Shown: one piece after another, positions 10,101-18,699 of the stretch
Layout: each line of letters opens with the position of its first letter
Numbering within the stretch: the stretch's first letter is position 1
Assembly (NCBI GenBank): GCA_041546605.1
Contig: JBFEWA010000001.1
Location: 1 to 37,671, forward strand
DNA from: Bermanella sp.
GTDB lineage: Bacteria; Pseudomonadota; Gammaproteobacteria; Pseudomonadales; Oceanobacteraceae
Direction of reading: 5' to 3'
Length of the DNA: 37,671 bases
Notes under the pieces: generated by a model
What the model saw: the letters and a program-made list of their open reading frames with translations, nothing else
Databases searched by the model: none
What the model was told of the DNA's origin: nothing
Made by a program: the position numbers and the translations under genes

Positions 10101-10173
10101 ATTTCAATCCTTTCAGTTTAAGATTTTTGAATTCAAACGGGCGCACGTTTATTTAAATTTCAATTTATGTATC

Positions 10174-10188
10174 TCAAACTCTGTGCCA
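10174..10188 (-). promoter_or_regulatory. sigma54 (-24/-12) promoter of the nitrate uptake operon
   Basis: Minus strand TGGCAC-agagt-TTGA versus consensus TGGCAC-N5-TTGC, about 75 nt upstream of the ATG. Confidence 0.7.
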
Positions 10189-10240
10189 GTTTTTTTAAAA
10201 AAAATTGGGATTGATGATTTTCTTTTTCGAAAGGGTAATT

Positions 10241-10375
10241 TTCATTATTTTGGTGCGAACAATTCGCTTTATGGCACCAGACAAAAACTTGGATATTTCA
10301 TTCGGTGCAATCGGCGCACCATTTTGGATTTACAGTAATTTTAAAAACGGCGAAATTTGCACCAAAATCAGCCAC
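10241..10375. promoter_or_regulatory. Cluster of NtrC-like enhancer sites
   Basis: Repeated GCACC/GGTGC half sites: ttcattattttggtgcg (10241), ttcggtgca (10301), cgcaccattttgg (10315), tgcaccaaaat (10358). Confidence 0.6.
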
Positions 10376-10591
10376 TTTCAAGATTGGACCAATAGCTCTA
10401 TTTTTGACCAGTCGATCAGATATATGAGAAATTGAACCAAGTCGATACACGCCCCAGACACCTACGTAACCAAATAGGTGCAAAAGCGCTGCGGGAGAAT
10501 TCAAGACACTAGACATCAAATAAGCGAGTTAAGCCCAAGTTTAGGGGTGGTATTGGGCGTTTCAGGAGTACAAATTCCCTAGCCCCTCCTC

Positions 10592-10604
10592 TATAATCCG
10601 CCCC
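10592..10604 (+). promoter_or_regulatory. Putative sigma70 -10 element with GC-rich discriminator for dapC
   Basis: TATAAT-ccgcccc about 30 nt upstream of the ATG. Confidence 0.45.
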
Positions 10605-10626
10605 TTATTGAAATCGAGACCTGAGC

Positions 10627-11817
10627 ATGAATCCGAATCTAGCCTTACTGCAGCCTTATCCCTTTGAAAAACTGAATAAGCTTAAAGCCGAGGCCAGTAT
10701 TACGACGGATCTTCCACATATCGCCTTATCCATCGGCGAGCCCAAGCATGAAAGCCCAGCTTTCGTGTTAAAAGCCATGGCCAATAACCTAGATAAATTG
10801 GCCAATTACCCCAGTACCAAAGGCTTACCTGAGCTTCGTGAAGCAATCAGCCAGTGGACCTGCACTCGTTTCAAGCTCAATAGCCTAGATGCAGAAACAC
10901 AGATTCTGCCAGTGAACGGCACCCGTGAAGCCATTTTCGCATTTACTCAGGCCGTAGTTGAAGCCAAGCCGGATGCCCTAGTGGTCAGCCCTAACCCGTT
11001 TTATCAAATCTATGAAGGGGCAGCGTATCTCGCTGGCGCTAAGCCACATTATTTACCTTGCCTAGAAGAAAACGGCTTTAACCCGGATTTTGATGCGGTA
11101 CCTGAAAGCATCTGGCAACAAACCCAGGTGTTATTCATCTGCAGCCCGGGCAACCCAACCGGCGCAGTGATTCAGTTAGATGAACTGAAAAAGCTCATCG
11201 CCCTATCCGACAAATATGACTTCATCATTGCCAGTGATGAGTGCTACAGCGAAATCTATATTGATGGTGTAGACGCACCTGTGGGTTTATTACAAGCCTG
11301 TGCTGAGCTGGGTCGAGATGACTACAAAAACTGTGTGGTGTTCCATAGCTTAAGTAAGCGTTCTAACTTGCCAGGTTTACGCAGTGGTTTTGTGGCCGGT
11401 GATGCCAACGTGTTGGGGCCTTTCTTCCAATACCGCACCTATCACGGCTGTGCCATGAGTATCCCTAATCAACTAGCGAGCATCGCCGCGTGGAATGATG
11501 AAGCTCATGTGGAAGAAAATCGTCGTTTGTACACACAGAAATTCCAAGCGGTTCTTGGAATTTTGTCACCCGTGATGGACGTACAACAAAGCGATGCCAG
11601 TTTTTATCTTTGGGCCAAAACCCCAATCAATGAAGAAGAATTTGCACAACGCTTATTTGCTGAACAACAAGTGACTGTCTTACCGGGCAGTTATCTATCA
11701 CGCACCATTGATGGCATTAACCCAGGTGCTAATCGGGTGCGCATGGCGCTAGTGGCTGAAGTGGAAGAATGCATTGAAGCGGCGAAGCGCATTCGCGCTT
11801 TAGTTGAAAGTCTCTAA
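10627..11817 (+). CDS. dapC: Succinyldiaminopimelate transaminase
   Basis: MNPNLALLQPYPFEKL, GTREAIF, SDECYSE and SLSKRSNLPGLRSG PLP-lysine motif; near dapD. Confidence 0.95.
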   Translation: MNPNLALLQPYPFEKLNKLKAEASITTDLPHIALSIGEPKHESPAFVLKAMANNLDKLANYPSTKGLPELREAISQWTCTRFKLNSLDAETQILPVNGTREAIFAFTQAVVEAKPDALVVSPNPFYQIYEGAAYLAGAKPHYLPCLEENGFNPDFDAVPESIWQQTQVLFICSPGNPTGAVIQLDELKKLIALSDKYDFIIASDECYSEIYIDGVDAPVGLLQACAELGRDDYKNCVVFHSLSKRSNLPGLRSGFVAGDANVLGPFFQYRTYHGCAMSIPNQLASIAAWNDEAHVEENRRLYTQKFQAVLGILSPVMDVQQSDASFYLWAKTPINEEEFAQRLFAEQQVTVLPGSYLSRTIDGINPGANRVRMALVAEVEECIEAAKRIRALVESL

Positions 11818-11827
11818 CCTTTAAGCT

Positions 11828-13600
11828 TTAGTCATTTGCTAATACGTTTTTGATGGTGATTTCTAAACCCTCCATGACGATGGGTTTAGAAATAAACCCA
11901 TCCATACCCGCGTCTAAACACGCCTGGCGATCTTTTTCGCTGGCATTAGCGGTAACCGCTACAATTTTGCCCGTATAACCTTGTTGTCTTAAACGACGCG
12001 TGGCTTGCGTACCATCCATCTCGGGCATACGCATATCCATAAAAACAAGGTGCGTATCAGGTTGTCTGGCTATGTATTCTAACGCTTGACTGCCACTATT
12101 CACTGACACCACATGTTGCGCATTAAAATCCAATAACATGGACTCCATAACCGTGCAGTTCATGGCAATGTCATCCACCACCAAAACCGATAAACCGCTT
12201 AAAACCCCCTGTTTGGTTGAACCTATGTTTGATTGCTCGGTTGCCACATGCAAACCTGAGATTCGCTTATTAGGCAATTCAACGGTAAAGCAACTGCCTT
12301 TTTCTAATTCACTGCTGACGGTTATATCGCCACCCATGCGTTTCATAATGCCCATAGAAATAGCCAAACCTAGGCCTGTGCCTTCCATGTTGCGCGCGGA
12401 ATCATTAGTAAGTTGAGAAAACTCAGTAAATAAATGCTCAATATTTGATTGGCTAATACCAATACCCGTATCGGTAATGGCAATACGAATGCCGCTAGGT
12501 TCAAACTCACTTACAGCAATGCGAATACTGCCGCTATCGGTAAACTTCATGGCATTGGATAGCAAATTCATCAGTACCTGAGAGATGCGATTTTGATCTG
12601 CGTGGATATAAATACGCTCTTCAGGCAAATCCAAATGCAGCTGAACAGCCTCTTTTAGTTTCGAACTCATCATTCTGGCCAGCTCGGAGATTTGTTGCGT
12701 AAGATCGTAAGGCTCCTCTATTAAGGTCAGCTCATTTTGTTCTAACTTACTAAAATCCAAAATGTCATTAATCAACATCAAAAGTAAATTACTGGCGATA
12801 ACAATATCATTCACTTTAGTTTGATTTTCTTTGGGAATATCCGATCGAGCTAGCAGCTGCGCATTTCCAATCACGCTATTTAAAGGGGTGCGCAATTCAT
12901 GACTCATTGTAGCTAAAAACATGGACTTACTGCGTGTGGCCGACTCGGCCTCTACTTGCAGCCGACTGATCTGCTGAATGTGCTGTTGTTTTTGTTGTAA
13001 TTCATCACTTAACCTTTGTAAATGCGTCTCTGCCACACTAGACATACCACGAGTACATACCAACACAATAATGGCCACAAACACAGCATAAGCCACTAAT
13101 GCATAAGGCCAACTTTCCGCTTGTACAATCGGTTCGGGTAACCACCCAGCAAATAACCCATAAATATTAATGGTAAATAACCCAAGGGCAGCCACAAAAA
13201 AGAACACAAGCCATCTTCCAGAAAATAATGTGGCAGATAAGGCAATTGGCAATCCCCATAAAACGGTCGAAGGGCCCGCTATGGATAAATTATTGAAATC
13301 CACATAAAACACCGTGGCAATGGTGATGCTTTCCACCACCACAGACACCCAGGTAAGGTCACTCATAAATCGCATTAAGATGGGCGCGAACAGCAAACAC
13401 GATGACAAGGCGACTGTACCCAATCGCCGCATTGGCATGTCACCTTCCGCAAAAGACAGCGCAATCAGAATAACAAGTGCTAACACACCTAAAGAAACAG
13501 AATAGATCCAAAGTAGCTTGGCGCGAAAGGCATCCTCCCCATTCATGAATTTCTCTGGTATCACACGCCCCAAAGCGCGCTCAAGCCACGTATTACTCAT
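11828..13600 (-). CDS. Membrane-bound hybrid sensor histidine kinase (multi-TM, HisKA, HATPase, REC)
   Basis: FLATMSHELRTPLN, NLLSNAMKFT, DTGIGI, GTGLGL; REC with VVDD, FMDMRMP and ISKP. Confidence 0.93.
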   Translation of the reverse strand: MSNTWLERALGRVIPEKFMNGEDAFRAKLLWIYSVSLGVLALVILIALSFAEGDMPMRRLGTVALSSCLLFAPILMRFMSDLTWVSVVVESITIATVFYVDFNNLSIAGPSTVLWGLPIALSATLFSGRWLVFFFVAALGLFTINIYGLFAGWLPEPIVQAESWPYALVAYAVFVAIIVLVCTRGMSSVAETHLQRLSDELQQKQQHIQQISRLQVEAESATRSKSMFLATMSHELRTPLNSVIGNAQLLARSDIPKENQTKVNDIVIASNLLLMLINDILDFSKLEQNELTLIEEPYDLTQQISELARMMSSKLKEAVQLHLDLPEERIYIHADQNRISQVLMNLLSNAMKFTDSGSIRIAVSEFEPSGIRIAITDTGIGISQSNIEHLFTEFSQLTNDSARNMEGTGLGLAISMGIMKRMGGDITVSSELEKGSCFTVELPNKRISGLHVATEQSNIGSTKQGVLSGLSVLVVDDIAMNCTVMESMLLDFNAQHVVSVNSGSQALEYIARQPDTHLVFMDMRMPEMDGTQATRRLRQQGYTGKIVAVTANASEKDRQACLDAGMDGFISKPIVMEGLEITIKNVLAND

Positions 13601-13775
13601 GTAGATCTGCCTACTATTTATACCCTATCTGAACAGTGTAGCCCTATCTGCCAACCTTAGCTGCCAACACTTGGCCCTGCTTGGGTGCTGGCTGAGTAGC
13701 CCTACCCTAGATAGGGCTGAATCTCCTGGCTAATTATGCTTTAATGCCGCCTTTTATTTTGACACGACACAGATC

Positions 13776-14123
13776 ATGAAGATTTACGGCATCAAAAACT
13801 GTGACACCATGAAAAAAGCCCTGAAATGGCTGGATGCACAAGGTGTTGCTTATACATTCCACGACTACAAAAAGGACGGCCTCAGCCCAGGTTTGGCAGA
13901 TACCTTCCTTAAACACGTGGACATGGACACCTTGATCAATAAGCGCGGTACCACCTATCGCCAATTAGACGATGCAACAAAGGCAAAGCTTACTGAACAA
14001 GACCTAGCCACCGCCAAGCAAGTGATGCTGGATAATCCATCCATTGTTAAGCGTCCAGTGCTTGAAAAAGCAGGCCAATATTTAATCGGTTTTAAAGCCG
14101 AACAATACCAAGAATTTATTTAA
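13776..14123 (+). CDS. yffB: ArsC/Spx-family protein (YffB-like)
   Basis: IYGIKNCDTMKKA, LINKRGTT and KRPVL; upstream of dapD. Confidence 0.9.
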   Translation: MKIYGIKNCDTMKKALKWLDAQGVAYTFHDYKKDGLSPGLADTFLKHVDMDTLINKRGTTYRQLDDATKAKLTEQDLATAKQVMLDNPSIVKRPVLEKAGQYLIGFKAEQYQEFI

Positions 14124-14158
14124 CCCCAATTATTAAGACAGACCATAGGAAACATAAG

Positions 14159-15172
14159 ATGGCATTAGCATTTGCATTAGGTGTAGGTACTCAAAACTCA
14201 AAAAATGAATGGCTAGAAGTGTTCTATCAAAAGCCAGTATTTCAACCAGCGGCCGATTTAATCGAAGCAGCCAAAACCGCTGGCTACACAGCTGGCAACC
14301 AAGCCATTGAATTGGACAGCGCGAAGCTGGCAGCCTTGGCAGAAAGCCTACCAGCAGAACAAGCGTCTTTGGCGAAAACCCTAAGCAGCAGCAAGCGCCC
14401 AACCGTACTTGTGGTATTAGAGTCGGACGAGCAAGCCACCAGCACTCCAGAAGTGTATTTAAAGCTGCAACTGATTTCCCACCGTCTAGTGAAGCCACAC
14501 GGCATCAACCTAGCGGGCATCTTCGGCCTACTGCCAAACGTGGCGTGGACCAACAAGGGTGCTATTGATCTTGCTGAATTAGCCGACGCCCAATTAGAAG
14601 CTCGCTTAAATGGCGAATTACTTGAAGTCATCAGCGTGGACAAGTTCCCGAAAATGACCGACTACGTGGTACCAAGCGGTGTACGTATCGCCGACACCTC
14701 GCGCGTACGTCTAGGTGCGTATGTGGGTGAAGGCACCACCATCATGCACGAAGGCTTCATCAACTTTAATGCAGGTACGGCGGGTACTTCTATGGTTGAA
14801 GGTCGTATTTCTGCGGGTGTATTCGTAGGTGAAGGTTCTGACCTGGGTGGTGGTTGTTCTACTATGGGCACCCTGTCTGGCGGCGGCAACATCGTGATCT
14901 CTGTGGGTGAAAACTCACTGATCGGTGCCAACGCTGGTATCGGCATCCCACTGGGTGATCGCTGTACTGTGGAATCCGGTCTATACATCACTGCCGGCAC
15001 CAAGGTGCAAGTATTGGATGACCAAAAACAAGTGGTTGAAGTAGTGAAAGCACGCGACCTTGCTGGCAAGCCGGATCTACTGTTCCGTCGTGACTCTATC
15101 TCTGGTGCAGTGCAATGTGTGACAAACAAAACCGCCATTGAGCTAAACCACGAGCTACACGCCAACAACTAA
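14159..15172 (+). CDS. dapD: 2,3,4,5-tetrahydropyridine-2,6-dicarboxylate N-succinyltransferase
   Basis: VDKFPKMTDYVVP, GTTIMHEGFINFNAGT and MVEGRISAGV hexapeptide region. Confidence 0.97.
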   Translation: MALAFALGVGTQNSKNEWLEVFYQKPVFQPAADLIEAAKTAGYTAGNQAIELDSAKLAALAESLPAEQASLAKTLSSSKRPTVLVVLESDEQATSTPEVYLKLQLISHRLVKPHGINLAGIFGLLPNVAWTNKGAIDLAELADAQLEARLNGELLEVISVDKFPKMTDYVVPSGVRIADTSRVRLGAYVGEGTTIMHEGFINFNAGTAGTSMVEGRISAGVFVGEGSDLGGGCSTMGTLSGGGNIVISVGENSLIGANAGIGIPLGDRCTVESGLYITAGTKVQVLDDQKQVVEVVKARDLAGKPDLLFRRDSISGAVQCVTNKTAIELNHELHANN

Positions 15173-15184
15173 TCCTGTTGCGCC

Positions 15185-15223
15185 ATACAAAAAAGGCCAT
15201 GAATTTCATGGCCTTTTTTGTAT
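15185..15223 (+). terminator. Rho-independent terminator after dapD
   Basis: atacaaaaaaggccatgaa / ttcatggccttttttgtat inverted repeat. Confidence 0.9.
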
Positions 15224-15535
15224 TCAAGTGGTGTGAATACCGGACAAAATCCCCTTTTTTATTCAAAAGACAAAAAAATCTAACCTGACAGCTACTTATA
15301 ACTCGTAGTTACTAAAATCAAAAACGTGATGCAATTGGCACTTTTTCGTTGCAAAATCTGACGGAGAATTTCCAGATTACATCCCTCCCGTGCACCAAAA
15401 ACTATCCAAATTACGAAGCATTCTTCGAGTTAAGGTTGGAGATCCTATCATCAATTCTAGTACCTTATTCCTAATCACTTTGACTGATAATACAATGCCA
15501 GCCAATACTCACTAATAACAATAAAGGACTCTTAA

Positions 15536-17179
15536 ATGGAACAGGATATCCTAGATAAGCCATTTCTCCCCCTTGACCGCTTACGCATTCTTAAATATTT
15601 CAGCCTCTACAGTGCCCTGATCACAGGCATTCTAATGAGCCTGTTTTTCGCGGACATTGATTTGGATTTCCTCGGGGTACTTAATCCTAAGATTTACCCT
15701 ATGGTGCTGTCTTTCCATGCGGTCATGACCATTGTTTTCATGGTACTGGCTTTCAGTGTGGGCCAAGCCCATTACGACCATTTGATTGCGTTCTTTCTTA
15801 TCGATATCACCTTGGTGGCGGGTTTGATTTACTCCAGTGGCACCGGTACCAGCTTAAGCTATTTAATGGTCATCAACATTGCGGTAGGCAACGCTCTGGT
15901 AAGCGGGCAAAAAGGCTTCTTGCTCAGTGCATGGGCGGCTATTTGTTTAGTTCTCATCGAATACCAGTTCCAACAAGACGGCCATGATTTCAACTTTGTA
16001 AACGCAGGCACATTAGGGGTTATCTTTTTCATCAGTGCGCTGATTATTCAAGCCTTGGTGAAACGCTTGCACCTGTCTGTGGATATTAACCGTCAGCAAG
16101 CGGACAGCTTATTAAGTATGGAGCAACTCACCAAACTGGTACTCAAGCGTTTAGATACCGGTGTGGTGGTTATCGATGCTGACAACAATATTATTTTTCA
16201 AAATACCGCCGCCCAGCGTTTATTGGGCTATCCCGGGCCGATACGTGCACTGCCGGACAAACTGCAAGCGAGCTTGGTTGAATACCGTAAATTCCCTAAG
16301 TACAAACCCGGTACATTTAAAGCAGGCCCCACCACCGCCAAAGTGCAGCCTATGTTCTCGCCACTTATGCCAGGCACGGATCGTGGCACCGTGATTTTTA
16401 TTGAAGATACCAATGTGGTGTATCAACAAGCGCAGCGCCTCAAACAGGTGTCACTGGGCAAATTGGCCGCAGGCATTGTGCGTGAAATCAAAGAGCCCAT
16501 GAAAGGCATTTATCAAATTGCCAAAGACGTCTCTAAAACCACCATTGCCTCAGGGGATAAGCAACGTCATGTGCAACTAAAAGAACACTCTATGCACATT
16601 GAACGCATCATTAATAACGTGCAAAACCTCAGCAATAGCAAAGCCACTGAGTTTGAAAAAGTGGCTCTTGGGCCTTGGTTGATTAACCTTGTGCGCAAAC
16701 TCGAACACAACACATTAAAGAATATAAACATTCAAATGAAGGTGAGCCGCACCAGCATGGATGTGTATTTTGATAACTCACAAATTCAGCAAGCCATTAC
16801 TAACCTGCTAGAAAACGCCGCGTTTTTCGCCAAACAAAAAAGCGCCGACTTTGCACGGGTGGCGATTTTAGTGGGCCACAATAAAGTCAGCAAACAAGCC
16901 ATCATTGAAATTCAAGATAATGGATATGGCGTAGCACTGGATGATTTAGACCATATTTTTGAGCCATTTTATACTTCAGAAAACAGTAAATCTGGATTAG
17001 GCTTATATCTGGCTAAGCAATTCTGTGAGATGAATATGGCTCGCTTAGATTATGTGGCGTCTCAAGAAGGAGCGCGCTTTAGAATCACCTTTGCATCCAG
17101 CGAACAAGTGGAACGTCAGCTAGAACGCCGAGAAGACTTCACAATTCGCGATAAAATGCAGCAAGCGGCTGCCATATAG
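15536..17179 (+). CDS. PilS-like membrane sensor kinase with degenerate H-box (pseudokinase)
   Basis: About 6 TM helices, PAS-like LDTGVVVID..NTAA, H-box LAAGIVREIKEP; N box NLLENA, DNGYG, FEPFYT and SGLGL retained. Confidence 0.85.
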   Translation: MEQDILDKPFLPLDRLRILKYFSLYSALITGILMSLFFADIDLDFLGVLNPKIYPMVLSFHAVMTIVFMVLAFSVGQAHYDHLIAFFLIDITLVAGLIYSSGTGTSLSYLMVINIAVGNALVSGQKGFLLSAWAAICLVLIEYQFQQDGHDFNFVNAGTLGVIFFISALIIQALVKRLHLSVDINRQQADSLLSMEQLTKLVLKRLDTGVVVIDADNNIIFQNTAAQRLLGYPGPIRALPDKLQASLVEYRKFPKYKPGTFKAGPTTAKVQPMFSPLMPGTDRGTVIFIEDTNVVYQQAQRLKQVSLGKLAAGIVREIKEPMKGIYQIAKDVSKTTIASGDKQRHVQLKEHSMHIERIINNVQNLSNSKATEFEKVALGPWLINLVRKLEHNTLKNINIQMKVSRTSMDVYFDNSQIQQAITNLLENAAFFAKQKSADFARVAILVGHNKVSKQAIIEIQDNGYGVALDDLDHIFEPFYTSENSKSGLGLYLAKQFCEMNMARLDYVASQEGARFRITFASSEQVERQLERREDFTIRDKMQQAAAI

Positions 17180-17180
17180 C

Positions 17181-18485
17181 ATGCGCAGCTTGGTCACACC
17201 GCTGATCAGCGGGCTTTGGTCTCACGATGGGTATATTGCCTATCAGCAAAAACGAGCCGAAGCCAAGCTGAACAAGCAAAATCGCTTACGCCACATTGAT
17301 GTGTTTGTGGCGTTAGATGACCCTCACAGTTATGTGTTGCTAAAAGTACTCCCCAAGTTTTGCCAGGATTTTGAGCTCAAAGCCCATATCCATTTGGTTC
17401 ATCATCGCCAAGCAGACATGTTCCCCGAAGAGGTAATGTGGTCAAAATGGGCGATGCAAGATGCCACTGATTTAGCCCACTTGTATCAATTGTATTTACC
17501 GCCTAATTACCCACAGCACAGCCAAATTCGTTTAGCTCAGTCCTATTGGGCGCAAAACATTCCACAAACTCCCAGACAAGCCCTACAGCACTTTGACCAA
17601 CTGTGGTTAGACCAAGGCATTCCCGCTTGCAACGCGTCAGCGCAACCCATGCTGCGAGCCAATGAGCAACGCCTTAAAAACCTTGGGCACTACTTACTGG
17701 CTTCCATTTATTATGGCGAGCAATGGTACTGGGGGCTGGACCGTTTAGAGCATTTAGAGTCCCGTCTAATGTCGTTAGGACTACACACTCCAGATTATCA
17801 AGGCGGCCAGTATCAACGCACTTGGGAGAATTTTTGTCACAAACCCGCTAATGTGGTGCGTGAAAAACACCTCCCCATTGAACTATTTTTCTCCATGCGC
17901 AGCCCTTATAGCCACATTGCATTAAAGCGCTGCCATAAATTAGCCGAGCACTATGGCATCCCCCTTAAGATCAAACCGGTAATGCCCATGCTCATGCGTC
18001 AAATGGCCGTACCCAAAAATAAAACCCGCTATATCTTTTTTGATGCGGTAAGAGAAAGCAAAAAACTCAATATTCCCTACGGCAAGGTGGCCGATCCTTT
18101 AGGTAAAGGAGTAGAAAACACCTACGCCATTTGGCACTTTGCCAACCAGCAAGGCAAAGGCAATGCCTTTTTATTAGCCATATCCCATCTCGTGAACGCC
18201 CAAGGGGTCAGCGCCAATTTTCACAACGGCCTGAAGCAAGCGTGCCAACAGATCGGTTTGTCATGGAGTGAGGCAAAACAGGCATTATCCCGCAGCGCTT
18301 GGCGAGATGAGGTGCAACGTAATCTTAATCAGCTCTACGAATACGGATTATGGGGCGTACCAAGTATTCACTATCAAGGCACGCAAGTATGGGGACAAGA
18401 CCGAATCTGGTGCATCGAAAACGCATTAGTGGCCTCTCAGGCAGCAACACCTGAATCTAGCTCTCTTCAAGATCAGACATATTGA
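17181..18485 (+). CDS. Tandem DsbA / 2-hydroxychromene-2-carboxylate isomerase (GST-kappa) family protein
   Basis: Two related halves: DDPHSY...WYWGLDRL and FFSMRSPYS...GLWGVPS..VWGQDR. Confidence 0.82.
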   Translation: MRSLVTPLISGLWSHDGYIAYQQKRAEAKLNKQNRLRHIDVFVALDDPHSYVLLKVLPKFCQDFELKAHIHLVHHRQADMFPEEVMWSKWAMQDATDLAHLYQLYLPPNYPQHSQIRLAQSYWAQNIPQTPRQALQHFDQLWLDQGIPACNASAQPMLRANEQRLKNLGHYLLASIYYGEQWYWGLDRLEHLESRLMSLGLHTPDYQGGQYQRTWENFCHKPANVVREKHLPIELFFSMRSPYSHIALKRCHKLAEHYGIPLKIKPVMPMLMRQMAVPKNKTRYIFFDAVRESKKLNIPYGKVADPLGKGVENTYAIWHFANQQGKGNAFLLAISHLVNAQGVSANFHNGLKQACQQIGLSWSEAKQALSRSAWRDEVQRNLNQLYEYGLWGVPSIHYQGTQVWGQDRIWCIENALVASQAATPESSSLQDQTY

Positions 18486-18699
18486 CGTTAATTGACTCAA
18501 TTCACATCCCTCATAATTTTTTATAAAAAAATAAAACCCATACAATTCAAGCACTTATTTTATTTTTAAAGTTTCACTTCTGCTTCATCTCGAAAGAATA
18601 CATCAGCCAGCGGAACCCATCACATTTTCCTCGACTAAAATAAGGCATAGTAAGTGCTCAGCTTGGTCGTTAGCCATCTATTAGCGAAAGGAATTGTCC

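Noticed and set aside
10100-10170. Possible ANTAR (NasT/NasR) dual-hairpin leader
   Set aside because: Only one weak hairpin (aaacg..cgttt) and no leader terminator visible
10205-10519. Short ORFs upstream of nrtA on both strands
   Set aside because: They overlap NtrC-like sites and lack RBS or motifs; the region is best explained as regulatory DNA
14284-15168. Long antisense ORFs inside dapD (similar ones in aspS, dapE and SPFH)
   Set aside because: Shadow frames produced by codon bias in conserved genes
15336-15353. TGGCAC...TTGC upstream of the PilS-like gene as a sigma54 promoter
   Set aside because: Spacing is N7 rather than the strictly required N5
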